From an uncultured Saprospiraceae bacterium (lineage in GTDB: Bacteria > Bacteroidota > Bacteroidia > Chitinophagales > Saprospiraceae): a stretch of DNA of 64,000 bases. Shown one piece after another: positions 9,179 to 18,899 of this stretch (the first letter of the stretch is position 1; each line of letters starts with the position of its first letter). Where the stretch lies: positions 8,116 through 72,115 of the forward strand of contig CALDTK010000083.1 in NCBI GenBank assembly GCA_937924035.1. Reading direction: 5' to 3'. The position numbers and the translations under genes are program-made. A model generated the notes under the pieces. It did not search any database, was not told the origin of the DNA, and worked only from the letters and a program-made list of their open reading frames with translations.

Positions 9179-12100
9179 TTATTGACCAAGCGCCTTAGCA
9201 CAAACATCGGAGTTAGCCTGTTGTTTTTCATACAATCCCTCCGCGACATAGGTAAGCCCACCACTGGCCACGGCGGCGGCTAGTGAAGCACTGAACCGGA
9301 ACAGACCTTTACGGTTGAATGTCACTTGCGGCTTTGTCAGTGGACCGCTCAATTTAACCAGACTTGCGAACTTGTTTAGACTTAAACCAAGACCTTTTTT
9401 TGGTTTGGTGCGAAAATCAAGATCAATGAGTTCGTCTTTGAAGTTTAGAGAGCCAGATCCGATCACAGAGAAATCTGATGCCTCGACAGCAAACCCATAC
9501 GGTGTGTTCACTAAGCCATCATTAATCTGAAAAACCAGGGCGCTACATTTCAAAAAAGTTTCAGGCTTCTTCTTTTTAAACGGATTGATCGCAGCCAGCA
9601 GTTGATCAAGTATGTCTGATGAAACTAGTTTCAATGCTCCTTGCTTGATGATCAGGTTTTCTATATACAGCCCGCCTTCACCATTAACGCTGCCCAATAT
9701 AGAGGCTATCGAATTTCCCTCTCCTGTGAGCGAGAGCCTGGCGTGAGTTCCACCCTCACTGATGACCAGCCCGGATCCGCTTACGAGGCCAAGTTTTGAT
9801 AAATCGACATCATCAAGCGACATATCCAGTGTTGTTTTCGCAGGTGTTTGGTTACTATCAATCATCAGGAAAATCGATGCCCGTCCCTGGTTTACTGTAC
9901 CGCTAAAAGGACTCATTGTTAGTCGCCCATCGGTGGACTCTATGGCAAAGTTAGCATTAGATACATCAAATAGTGCTGACTTCAGTTCACCGATTTTTAC
10001 TGCGATGTCTATATCGTGACCGAAGAACGGGCTATGGGGCAAGGGATCGTCAGGCAACAACCTGTCCAGCGTTGTATTCGGTTCACGGTTGACATCATTA
10101 CGCACTTGACCGTCTGGGTGGGGAAAAAGGCTCGGTAAATCGAGTCTTTCGATATTGATATCACCGCTAATTCGGGCGCGCATTGCTCGGTCGGCAAATC
10201 CCTCCACATCAAACGCACCACGCAGCGTATTGCCCTTAACCTGCAACAACATTTCATCAAATTTTAATGAATTGCCTGCAAGTCTCATGGTGCCCTGCAG
10301 GATTGCCGGCTCGGTTATGGATGTCTTATAACCAACTCTCGCCAGTGTGTTTTTAAGGGAATCCGACTGTAAGTCATATACCAGGTTTGCCGCCCGTAAT
10401 TGACTGATCGTGCCACCCTTCGAATATATAGAACCATACAATGCTTTATCTTTAAATAATGCGTTGATATCGACCAGTTGGATATCACGACCAGTACCGA
10501 CCAACGCACCAGTGACTGAAACCGGGCCAATTTCCGGTAGCGATAGATCCGTAAATCGATGTAGCTCCTGTAGGCTTTTTATGTTGCTGCTTAATTTAAT
10601 ATCGGGTCTAACGGATTTGCGAATTATCGAATGTACAATTCCCTCACCATTAACTTGAACACCATCTTTCATCACGACAAATTTGAGATTCTTTGCAGAT
10701 AGATCTAATGCGGTGTCAGTAATAAGGTTAGCGCTGGCGACGACACTATCTACCGGTATGGATTTGTAGCCGGTAAATAAATCTAGTGCTGAAAAATCTG
10801 GCAGAGCGGCGTCCGCCCTGATACGCGCACCATCAAAGTGTATGAGGTCACCAATTTTCCCAGTTAGGACCATTACTCCGTAATCGCTATCATGTATTGC
10901 GCGGGCATCGACCAGGGATAGCTTGCCGTCCTGCCAAATTACAGTGCCGTGTCCGTTCATCGGTCCTATATCGGGCAGAGGTTTTGGGGTGAAGGCAGAG
11001 ATTTCGTTTAGTGTGGATAGAGTAGCCGTAGTGTCCAGCGACATGTTGTCAAACGGATACAGGCTTTTGATGTGGCCTTTGGCGATAGCGCTAGATCGTC
11101 CAGTAAGAGTGGCTACTATTTTCTCAAGGCCATAGCCGCTCTTTTTGCTGCCAACAAGACTGGCGGTGGCGTCTAAAGGGCCCCATTCAGGTGGCATACG
11201 CTGCCCGAACAAGTGAGTAACCAATGTCATGTTTGGCGCTTGCATGGCAACATCCAGATTTGCCAGCGCAGTATCAAAGAGATCTCCTACAGTTCCACTC
11301 ACCTGGGTGTTAAAGAAATCGGAGTCTAAACCCGCCTGGTGAATCTGCATATTCAGCACATCATCGTCAATGTTAAGCGTTGCAGATACGTTGGTGGTAG
11401 CCGGAAACAACTTACTTTCTGCTAAATCTACATTGAAGGAATTAACTATGGGTTGAATATTATTACTGATCGCCTCCACATGAATGACTCCAGTGTTGTT
11501 TATCAACACGGAAGCCAAGGCACCACGTGCCTTGGCTGAAAGGTTTGGGTCGTCAACGTGTATTTCGAATGCTGGTATCTCCAGGCCTTCTGTATCCAGA
11601 GAGTCCAGCTCGCCGCTGATGGAAGCAGTTACTGATAATGGCCCAATATCCGGCAGTGCAGTCGATGTAATAGTATTTAACTCCGATAAGGTGTTCATGT
11701 TAATCGAGACAAAGCTATTAAAAGATGATTCCAAATTTTCAATGACGATATCGCTGCTGCCAGTAACTGTAATTCCAGCCAACATACCGGAAAATGTTAA
11801 CGGCAGTACAGTCTGGACTGGTGTGCTAGCGCTCTCTGTGACTGGCATGTTGCCATTGAATTTGAAAGGTATACTATTGATCGTGCCGGTAGATACAGCG
11901 CTACGCATACCTCGATCCTTATCAGTATTTATCGTCGACTGTACAAGCGACATTTCATGCTTTATTCCGGCGCCGCTGTGTAGATAGCTAACAGTGGTTT
12001 CTTTGGAGTAAAGCTCGTATATCTGTACATTCTTCGCTAAATTGGTAAGAAGTTTTAGCGGATCACTTTTGCGGCGTAACTGCCAATTCCCTAATTGACT

Positions 12101-12466
12101 GTCATTTTTTTCTAAGTGTAGGTCTACATCTGTTGTGCTTAGTCTGTGTATGTTTAGTCTTCCACGGAATATATCCGGCAGACTAAACGACATGGTTACA
12201 GTCGATGCAGTTACCAAGTTCTCATTGCGAGTCCATTCAGTGCTCGACAAAGTGACGTTTTTCAGTTGTACGGTCGGGTTCAGTGCGCGCGTAATGGAGA
12301 ATTCGTCTATTAGCAAATCTCGTCCGGTAAAGTGCTTTACCATTTGCACTGCGCCAGAATGGTAATATTTATCAGGCAGCACTGCTATCAAAGCGACTAT
12401 CACTGCCACCATAAAGTTCAATATCAGGCAGATCCATAAGATCGATTTTAGCGGTGGTTTCACCAT
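9179..12466 (-). CDS. AsmA-family large envelope protein
   Basis: 1095 aa. N-terminal membrane anchor (ILWICLILNFMVAVIVALIAV) followed by an AsmA-like pattern (...FTGRDLLIDEFSITRALNPTVQLKNVTLSS...GRLNIHRLSTTDVDLHLEKN). AsmA_2-like C-terminus (INDGLVNTPYGFAVEASDFSVIGSGSLNFKDELIDLDF). Confidence 0.8.
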   Translation of the reverse strand: MVKPPLKSILWICLILNFMVAVIVALIAVLPDKYYHSGAVQMVKHFTGRDLLIDEFSITRALNPTVQLKNVTLSSTEWTRNENLVTASTVTMSFSLPDIFRGRLNIHRLSTTDVDLHLEKNDSQLGNWQLRRKSDPLKLLTNLAKNVQIYELYSKETTVSYLHSGAGIKHEMSLVQSTINTDKDRGMRSAVSTGTINSIPFKFNGNMPVTESASTPVQTVLPLTFSGMLAGITVTGSSDIVIENLESSFNSFVSINMNTLSELNTITSTALPDIGPLSVTASISGELDSLDTEGLEIPAFEIHVDDPNLSAKARGALASVLINNTGVIHVEAISNNIQPIVNSFNVDLAESKLFPATTNVSATLNIDDDVLNMQIHQAGLDSDFFNTQVSGTVGDLFDTALANLDVAMQAPNMTLVTHLFGQRMPPEWGPLDATASLVGSKKSGYGLEKIVATLTGRSSAIAKGHIKSLYPFDNMSLDTTATLSTLNEISAFTPKPLPDIGPMNGHGTVIWQDGKLSLVDARAIHDSDYGVMVLTGKIGDLIHFDGARIRADAALPDFSALDLFTGYKSIPVDSVVASANLITDTALDLSAKNLKFVVMKDGVQVNGEGIVHSIIRKSVRPDIKLSSNIKSLQELHRFTDLSLPEIGPVSVTGALVGTGRDIQLVDINALFKDKALYGSIYSKGGTISQLRAANLVYDLQSDSLKNTLARVGYKTSITEPAILQGTMRLAGNSLKFDEMLLQVKGNTLRGAFDVEGFADRAMRARISGDINIERLDLPSLFPHPDGQVRNDVNREPNTTLDRLLPDDPLPHSPFFGHDIDIAVKIGELKSALFDVSNANFAIESTDGRLTMSPFSGTVNQGRASIFLMIDSNQTPAKTTLDMSLDDVDLSKLGLVSGSGLVISEGGTHARLSLTGEGNSIASILGSVNGEGGLYIENLIIKQGALKLVSSDILDQLLAAINPFKKKKPETFLKCSALVFQINDGLVNTPYGFAVEASDFSVIGSGSLNFKDELIDLDFRTKPKKGLGLSLNKFASLVKLSGPLTKPQVTFNRKGLFRFSASLAAAVASGGLTYVAEGLYEKQQANSDVCAKALGQ

Positions 12467-12558
12467 TTATCCGTTAATATTGCATTTGATTCGGTATGCT
12501 GTCTGAATGCATAACTACCCCTTACTAATCTGTTTCAAATTAAATGGTACGGTGCCAG

Positions 12559-14391
12559 CTATAAGAGCCATGATAAACCAGTGTTTTCTATTAACTTATA
12601 CAAAGTGCGTTGATTTCTGGCGAGTATCGCTTTCTGACCTTTGCTTGCGCGCAATCGCTTTCGTATCTCCAGCCAATCCGGGGAGCCCCAGCGGTATGAC
12701 TGCTGTATTAGACGATCTGTATTCTGGTTGATTTCACGAGCCATCGCGGCGCTTTCGAAAAAGAACCCCATCTCACTATTATACAATCTTGAGCGGTAGT
12801 CGAAATTGGATGTACCCACAAATCCCACATTGTCAGCGGTAACGTATTTTGCGTGAAGTTTTGCGTAATGTTTGTTGCCTCCAAGTTCCACCGCATCCAG
12901 CCGGCCAAGTGTATAGATACTAAGCCTTGGGTGATTCGTTAGTTTTATCCACTCTTCACTTTCTATGAGGTCAGTGTTGAGTTCACTTTTCGATAATCGC
13001 TTCTTCCACTGTACCTGCATGTGCTCTGGTAGCAGAAGCCGCGGTGCAAGATTGAGATCAATGATGGCTTGTGTAAAAGGGTTGTCCGAGGTTAGGACAG
13101 AATTTGTGATAATTTCAATTTTACTGTGTGGGTGTTTTTCAAGCCAGGCCAGCATGATCTTTGCTTCGTCTAGAATCACTTCACCATTGCGTGAGTACTG
13201 AGCTGAAAACAAGTATGGAGACACAATTCTAATTCTTCTATAGCTCTCTGAATCGAAGCGATTCATCATTGCAGAGATAGATTGCTGGCTTTTATTCAAA
13301 TTTTCAGTAGCGCGAGTGACCACGTTCTTATTGGTGATGTTAGCGATTTCATGTGCGAGCACAACTGATCCGGTGTGAAAACCGCCCGTTAAATACACGG
13401 GCATGGTGGTCAGTGCTTGACGAATGCCTGGTATGTTTTTAACAGCTGCCAATTGCTGTTGATGCTCAGCGCGTGTCATTTTGTAGCGGTCAGCGTGAGC
13501 TCTGAGATTGACGATCTTGTTTTTATCAAAATAGAACAGGATTGAAAAGTAAGTCTCCATCACTCGTCCGAGAGGATAAGTGTCCGTTTCGGTTGCTTCT
13601 CTGGGTTCTCGTACCAGGATATCAGCATCACTGTAAGAGTGAGTGTTTAATGATCCGTCCTCAAGGATTCCAAAGTAATCCATCGATATATTTCGACCAC
13701 CGGTGATGCCGTAGGCTTTTTTTGGAAAAGTACCGTCGATAACAATGAGCTTGTCGTGTGATCTGCGGTTAGGCTTAGCCCCGACTTTAGACAATGCATT
13801 GAAAATTGCTGCCTGAACACGTGCTTTATGAATAGTCTCTTTTCCTTCTTTGTTGCGCAAGAAGCCAGCACTGGCTTCACAGGATTTCAGCGCCCTTAAG
13901 TGTTTTTTATTTAAGCTGATCGACCCCAGAGAATCGACCATTATTCTCACATCTACTCCACGACTTACCGCATTGCAAAGAGCGCCTAGTATCGCCTTGC
14001 CAACGAAGTCGTCTTGAAATATGTAATACATAGCATCAACAGTATGTTTTGCGTTCTCGATCATCCAGATTCGAACGGCTAAAGCCGACAATGCATCTTG
14101 TTCAGTCGAGCCTAGAAACATCATTTCCGCTTTATTGACAGGGCTGCTGGTATTGCGAGCGAACTGTATTAGATCGACTGGGATTTCCTTGTCAAAGCCA
14201 TAGCTGCGTTGCTTTAGCAGTAGCTTGGTTTCTTCATCCTCGATTGCTGCAAGCGGCGGGCAGTCTGACATATCCTGCGCCTGCGGCGGACATACTGAAG
14301 GTGTTGTTCGCAATACGGAACAACCGAGCAATGGACCAACCAGCAACGCCAGCAACGCCAGCTGCTTTACAAAATTTAGGGAATAGTTCAT
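12559..14391 (-). CDS. phospholipase D-family lipoprotein (two HKD motifs)
   Basis: HKD motifs HDKLIVIDG and HAKYVTADNVGFVGTSNFDYRS. ATG at 14391 gives a lipoprotein signal (LALLALLVGPLLGCS). The track start at 14427 is TTG. Confidence 0.8.
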   Translation of the reverse strand: MNYSLNFVKQLALLALLVGPLLGCSVLRTTPSVCPPQAQDMSDCPPLAAIEDEETKLLLKQRSYGFDKEIPVDLIQFARNTSSPVNKAEMMFLGSTEQDALSALAVRIWMIENAKHTVDAMYYIFQDDFVGKAILGALCNAVSRGVDVRIMVDSLGSISLNKKHLRALKSCEASAGFLRNKEGKETIHKARVQAAIFNALSKVGAKPNRRSHDKLIVIDGTFPKKAYGITGGRNISMDYFGILEDGSLNTHSYSDADILVREPREATETDTYPLGRVMETYFSILFYFDKNKIVNLRAHADRYKMTRAEHQQQLAAVKNIPGIRQALTTMPVYLTGGFHTGSVVLAHEIANITNKNVVTRATENLNKSQQSISAMMNRFDSESYRRIRIVSPYLFSAQYSRNGEVILDEAKIMLAWLEKHPHSKIEIITNSVLTSDNPFTQAIIDLNLAPRLLLPEHMQVQWKKRLSKSELNTDLIESEEWIKLTNHPRLSIYTLGRLDAVELGGNKHYAKLHAKYVTADNVGFVGTSNFDYRSRLYNSEMGFFFESAAMAREINQNTDRLIQQSYRWGSPDWLEIRKRLRASKGQKAILARNQRTLYKLIENTGLSWLL

Positions 14392-14482
14392 AAGCTCGTC
14401 CGTGACGCTCGTCTTTAAGCGTACCAACCATGCCTAGCGTATAGAAAGTAATACTCCTGGGCTAGCACGTTTGACAGAGGTT

Positions 14483-16069
14483 CTATAAAAATCTACCAAT
14501 GGGTAGCCAGCCTATTACTTTCGACTTACTGCGTCCCCACCAGTTCGTATTTGGCTCCTTCGTTAAAGCAACAGTTCGACCGGAGCTTTTGTCTAGCCAA
14601 CTGATAACATTGTTCCTCAAACTCAAACGGTACGCGATACGGTCAATATTATCATCAAACCAGTCACCAAACTGTTGGCCGGTAACTTCAGATTCAATTA
14701 CCACCCCGATTTCAGTATTTTCAATCGACGAACGTGCATCAAAATTGAATGAACCTATAAAGACAATTTTCCTGTCGATAACAAATGACTTAGCATGAAC
14801 AGTTGCCAAGCCGATATTCTTGATCTTTTTATGGGAATTATCTTTGGCGCTATCAACTGTAATATTGTTTGTTACGTCAGCCGTGGTTTGTCGGACCTCA
14901 AACAGCTCTACGCCCGCTTTCAGCAGCTTTTTACGATATTTGGAATAGTGTGCGTGAACCATCCCAACATTGTTTGAGACAGCCGAGTTAGTGAAAATCT
15001 TCACATTAACTCCTTTTTTTACCAATGCCGCCAATCCTTGCGTGCCATCTTTACCGGGTATGAAGTACGGGCTGTAAATAATAATTTCACTTTCTGCCCT
15101 GGCAAATAGATCATCTAACTCTTGCTGCAGGTGCAGATCCTCACGTGATCGGCTGGAACTTAATTTGTCCGGTGAGTCAGCAATCAGTGTAGAATTTGCC
15201 CATATGAACTCCAGGCTGTCATTTTCTATTGCTTCAATGAATGATGAGTTGCTGACTGCTCGGCCGTATCCATCATCCTGCAAAAGCGTATTTGTTAGTG
15301 CTTCAGATCTGCTTCTTACCTCGCCCACCGTAGGTACGCGCTTTAACAGTACACTGGGTGTATAGGCTAACGGGTTGTTCCAGTAATCATCAAAGGAGCG
15401 TGAGACCCTTCGAACTAGTGGGCCAATGCTCATTACATCAAGATCACCAAATTCGATTTTCTCATTTGCAGCAAAGTACTCATCACCAATATTACGTCCG
15501 CCTATGATAGTGACCTGATTATCGACCGTGAAGGACTTATTGTGCATGCGGCGGCTAATGTCAGAAAAATTGGAGATGAACTGCAAAAATCTAGGGGTGC
15601 CTCGACGAAACGGGTTGAACGCACGAAGCTCGATATTTGGATGGCCATCTACTGCTAGTAACTTTTGATCTTGGCCCTGAAGGTAGTGATCGTCCAACAA
15701 GATACGTACTCGTACCCCTCTATTTGCAGCTTCTGTGAGTAAGCCCATGAACGCCGTGCCAGCTAAATCTTGTCGAATAAAATAGTATTGTACATCAATG
15801 GTCTTCTCAGCCAGCTTTATCATGCTCGCTCGCGCGGCGAACGCGTCCAGGCCATCAGAAAGAATGATGAATCCTGATTGTTGTGGATGCAGCCGGACTA
15901 TGCTGGAGAATTTTTTTCCAAGATAGGTACTGTCGGTGTTTGTCGGAGCGCTTGTAACGATTTGTCCGTCTCTCGATGGCAAAGTAACGCATGCAGAGAG
16001 GAATATTGCCATGGTCAATATTAGTAGGTGCGTGCAGGATTTAGTGACATTCTTACAGCTTGTTGTCAT
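14483..16069 (-). CDS. phospholipase D-family lipoprotein (two HKD motifs), paralog of the downstream gene
   Basis: HKD motifs HNKSFTVDNQVTIIGGRNIGDEY and HAKSFVIDRKIVFIGSFNFDARS. ATG at 16069 gives the signal MTTSCKNVTKSCTHLLILTMAIFLSAC. The longer track ORF (to 16213) has no signal. Confidence 0.8.
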   Translation of the reverse strand: MTTSCKNVTKSCTHLLILTMAIFLSACVTLPSRDGQIVTSAPTNTDSTYLGKKFSSIVRLHPQQSGFIILSDGLDAFAARASMIKLAEKTIDVQYYFIRQDLAGTAFMGLLTEAANRGVRVRILLDDHYLQGQDQKLLAVDGHPNIELRAFNPFRRGTPRFLQFISNFSDISRRMHNKSFTVDNQVTIIGGRNIGDEYFAANEKIEFGDLDVMSIGPLVRRVSRSFDDYWNNPLAYTPSVLLKRVPTVGEVRSRSEALTNTLLQDDGYGRAVSNSSFIEAIENDSLEFIWANSTLIADSPDKLSSSRSREDLHLQQELDDLFARAESEIIIYSPYFIPGKDGTQGLAALVKKGVNVKIFTNSAVSNNVGMVHAHYSKYRKKLLKAGVELFEVRQTTADVTNNITVDSAKDNSHKKIKNIGLATVHAKSFVIDRKIVFIGSFNFDARSSIENTEIGVVIESEVTGQQFGDWFDDNIDRIAYRLSLRNNVISWLDKSSGRTVALTKEPNTNWWGRSKSKVIGWLPIGRFL

Positions 16070-16240
16070 GCCTTCTCTTAATCCAGGAGATTGTGGTGGT
16101 GGAACAGTGTGTTGGATGATATGCCAAATGGGTACATCTCTTGTCCTTCGAATAATAATGAAGCTGGAATTCCTGTTAAGTCGCACCAGGTAGCTCCTGA
16201 TTGTGATGCTCAAAATATGTATTTTTTTGAACGCTGTTTC

Positions 16241-16699
16241 TCAGCCCGCAGGAACAACATCGACAATTTCTGCTAATTGTCGATCTCCACAGAAGATAAT
16301 TATTGAACGGTAATGCAATACACTAGATTTAACGGTATAGCGTAGATCTTCGGTACTAATTACCTGGATCACTGGATCTACAGGTGGCTTTAGTTGAATG
16401 CCAATTCTCAATGAAGGAGGCCTGTGTCTGTCAAGCGGCCCAGTAAAATACTCAATGATATAACCCGGTGAGGGCAACTGCAATTGTCCACTAATGTTTA
16501 ACCGACCTGTGTGTGTAGATTGATCCAGCTGATCGAACCAGGCGTGCCAGTTTTGAGAGTCGTATATCGGACATTCAATCATTTTTTGGCGGGCATTGGC
16601 ATTAGCCGGTTCGGTATTATTGCTTTGCACTGTGCTACTACTGCAGAGCGCAAGCGATATTATTAACGCAATACGAATTACCTTAGTATTTTTAGTCAA
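16241..16699 (-). CDS. small hypothetical lipoprotein
   Basis: TTG start preceded by AAGGAG at about 8 nt. Signal with lipobox (IRIALIISLALCSS). No family recognised. Confidence 0.5.
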   Translation of the reverse strand: MTKNTKVIRIALIISLALCSSSTVQSNNTEPANANARQKMIECPIYDSQNWHAWFDQLDQSTHTGRLNISGQLQLPSPGYIIEYFTGPLDRHRPPSLRIGIQLKPPVDPVIQVISTEDLRYTVKSSVLHYRSIIIFCGDRQLAEIVDVVPAG

Positions 16700-16776
16700 T
16701 CAACTTACTCCTTGATCAATACCTTTACTCCGTAAATCGAAATCAAACACTGGTATGGCAGCGTTTGGAGAGGAAT

Positions 16777-17772
16777 CTACAAAGATTTCATTGTGTCTCG
16801 ATCAGCAACTCCACTAGGTGGTTGACCTACATCGGTCTGAAATGTTTTTAACGCACGCTCGGTCTGTCGGCCGAAAACTCCGTCAATTGATCCAACATTG
16901 TACCCACGGTCTTTTAAAGATCTCTGCAACGCTACTACGTCAGAGCCGCGCATGTATGGCTCTATTAGCATAAGTGTCCGAGAATTTGTATCTGTCACCA
17001 CCTCTATCGTTACATCATTGGATGTAGAAGGATTTTTCACCGCGACTGCTGTGTTTTTTGGAATCATCACCTCATACACTCGCTCTCCATGCAGCGAAAT
17101 AGATCGATAGTAGACGTTTGAGCACCGGTAGTAGACTCGACTATTGCGGCGAACGCGATTGCGACAACCTATCGGAAGATCTTCTACAAACACGATATAT
17201 GCGTTTCTGTATCGATAGCGATGATACCAACCAATATTGTTATACCAATACCAGTTTCCCCATTGATAATGAGGCGGGCGATGATGAGGAGGCCTGTGAA
17301 TGGGGGGGTGCACTATGGGTCTGTTGTCGCCGAAATCGGGATCGGGAATCACTGGAGCAGGGGGACGAATGGGTTTTGGGTAGACCGGCAGTGCCGGAAT
17401 GCTGGACCCCGGGGTCGGTCGAGTCCAGCCAACCGGTGGTCTTATTATTGTTCCAGGGGAGGGACGAGTATGATTACCAGGCGAGGGACGAGTGTGATTG
17501 CCCAGTGAGGGACGAGTATGGTGGCCCGGTGAAAAGCTTGGAGACGGGCGCGTTGGTCTTGGCCTGTACGGTCGGTTTGTCGGGCGCGGGCGAGTTATTG
17601 GCCGGTGTATAGATGGTCGCGGTCGAGCTGGCGCCGGACGTGATACCGGCCTGTTCGGAATTGGCATAATACTGGCGTCTTGAGCATAAGCACTACCACC
17701 TCCAAATTTGTGTATAGACAGTACCCCCGTAAGCAGGGTAAAAAGCCCAACGAATAAAACTGTCTTTTTCAC
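16777..17772 (-). CDS. exported Pro/Arg/His-rich protein with C-terminal peptidoglycan-binding (PG_binding_1-like) domain
   Basis: GTG start overlaps the upstream stop (GTGA). Signal peptide present. RP-dipeptide-rich region with HTRPS(P/L)G repeats. A Tyr/Trp/Arg-rich segment. C-terminus LQRSLKDRGYNVGSIDGVFGRQTERALKTFQTDVG is typical of PG-binding domains. Confidence 0.75.
   Translation of the reverse strand: MKKTVLFVGLFTLLTGVLSIHKFGGGSAYAQDASIMPIPNRPVSRPAPARPRPSIHRPITRPRPTNRPYRPRPTRPSPSFSPGHHTRPSLGNHTRPSPGNHTRPSPGTIIRPPVGWTRPTPGSSIPALPVYPKPIRPPAPVIPDPDFGDNRPIVHPPIHRPPHHRPPHYQWGNWYWYNNIGWYHRYRYRNAYIVFVEDLPIGCRNRVRRNSRVYYRCSNVYYRSISLHGERVYEVMIPKNTAVAVKNPSTSNDVTIEVVTDTNSRTLMLIEPYMRGSDVVALQRSLKDRGYNVGSIDGVFGRQTERALKTFQTDVGQPPSGVADRDTMKSL
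17461..17532 (-). repeat. three tandem 24-nt coding repeats
   Basis: GGGACGAGTATGATTACCAGGCGA / GGGACGAGTGTGATTGCCCAGTGA / GGGACGAGTATGGTGGCCCGGTGA on the plus strand. They encode SPGHHTRP-SLGNHTRP-SPGNHTRP on the minus strand. Confidence 0.85.
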
Positions 17773-18521
17773 TGAGTATCTCCATCACTCGTGAGTGGTA
17801 ACAGGTTTGTTTCGGAGTACCCATCCGGAGGTGAGGTTTTAAAGCTATCGCCGTTTACTTGATCGCTAAGTTTCCAATCATAAAGCATTGCCTGAAACTG
17901 CGGCCAACCCAGGCTATAAGGATCTGTACCAACAATCATAACAGGTAGTGGACGTTCGCTGTCGGCGGCAACCCAGATCTGCCAGTCACCATCGTAACGT
18001 CTGAATGCAACGTGATGTACAATTTGATCGCCGAACAAAACTTCGCCTAAATACTCAGCCTCGGTTAATTGCTCAAGTGCCTCTTCTGAACCTGATGGGT
18101 CGAAAATATCTGCCATCGGTAAGTTGAAATCGTATTCGTTTTGGAGTGTTGCCACCAGATCACGGAAACCGCCACTGATCTTGACTGACGCATATTCTTG
18201 TGTGTCATGGTAGTTCACGCTGAAGGTGTTGCCGTCGTACAGGTAGTCTTGAACAGATGTTCCTTGTGTGCTGGTTGATCGGTAGCCTGCGCCACGGACC
18301 AGTGTGCTTCTTCCTGTCCAAACTTCTGTTACTTTCTTTCGGCCATCTACAACACTATCGTATGTAATTAACCACCCTAGTGAGGCTCTAGTCTGTTTGG
18401 ACAAAAATTCGGTCGATTCCGAAGCTATTTCGACGGCGCGAGGATCAACACCAGGTTTGTCGTCAGCTAAAGCAGTCCCTGCAACAAGAAAAACGCATAT
18501 CGTAGCGGCGTGTTTTAGCAT
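17769..18521 (-). CDS. periplasmic LolA-like protein (resembles DUF2092 family)
   Basis: ATG at 18521 is preceded by GAGG. Signal MLKHAATICVFLVAGTALA. The body resembles the DUF2092/LolA-fold family as I recall it. Translationally coupled to the PG-binding gene. Confidence 0.6.
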   Translation of the reverse strand: MLKHAATICVFLVAGTALADDKPGVDPRAVEIASESTEFLSKQTRASLGWLITYDSVVDGRKKVTEVWTGRSTLVRGAGYRSTSTQGTSVQDYLYDGNTFSVNYHDTQEYASVKISGGFRDLVATLQNEYDFNLPMADIFDPSGSEEALEQLTEAEYLGEVLFGDQIVHHVAFRRYDGDWQIWVAADSERPLPVMIVGTDPYSLGWPQFQAMLYDWKLSDQVNGDSFKTSPPDGYSETNLLPLTSDGDTQ

Positions 18522-18899
18522 TGTAACCTCGTGGATTGAATCAAAAATTCGGCATAAGCTCCGACCACACGAAACCAATCTGAGATCAAGCTTCTATTGT
18601 CTGCTGCACAATGCCGATCCGTGATGGTGAAACTCAGGTTCTAGAGCTGAACGTGCCCAAAAGCGCCGAATGATAGTGCCACAGGGTTGGATAAAATAAT
18701 GAGGAAGAATACAAACAGAATAAATTCGGTACAACATAGTGAACGTGTTCTGCTTGTTAGCATTATCCCAGCTAGCCTTCGATTGTTAGAAATAGTTTGG
18801 ACCGCGTGTTGAAATCTGCATTTATTTACCCATTTTACTCTGGATCAGCTTATAGAACTATACACCCCTTGGTTTCTTCTAACGCCTACCGGACAAGGC

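Noticed and set aside
17118-17612. 164-aa plus-strand ORF opposite the Pro-rich gene
   Set aside because: The minus-strand frame has a signal peptide, a coupled GTGA start and a recognisable PG-binding domain. The plus-strand ORF is the mirror of the Pro/Arg codon repeats.
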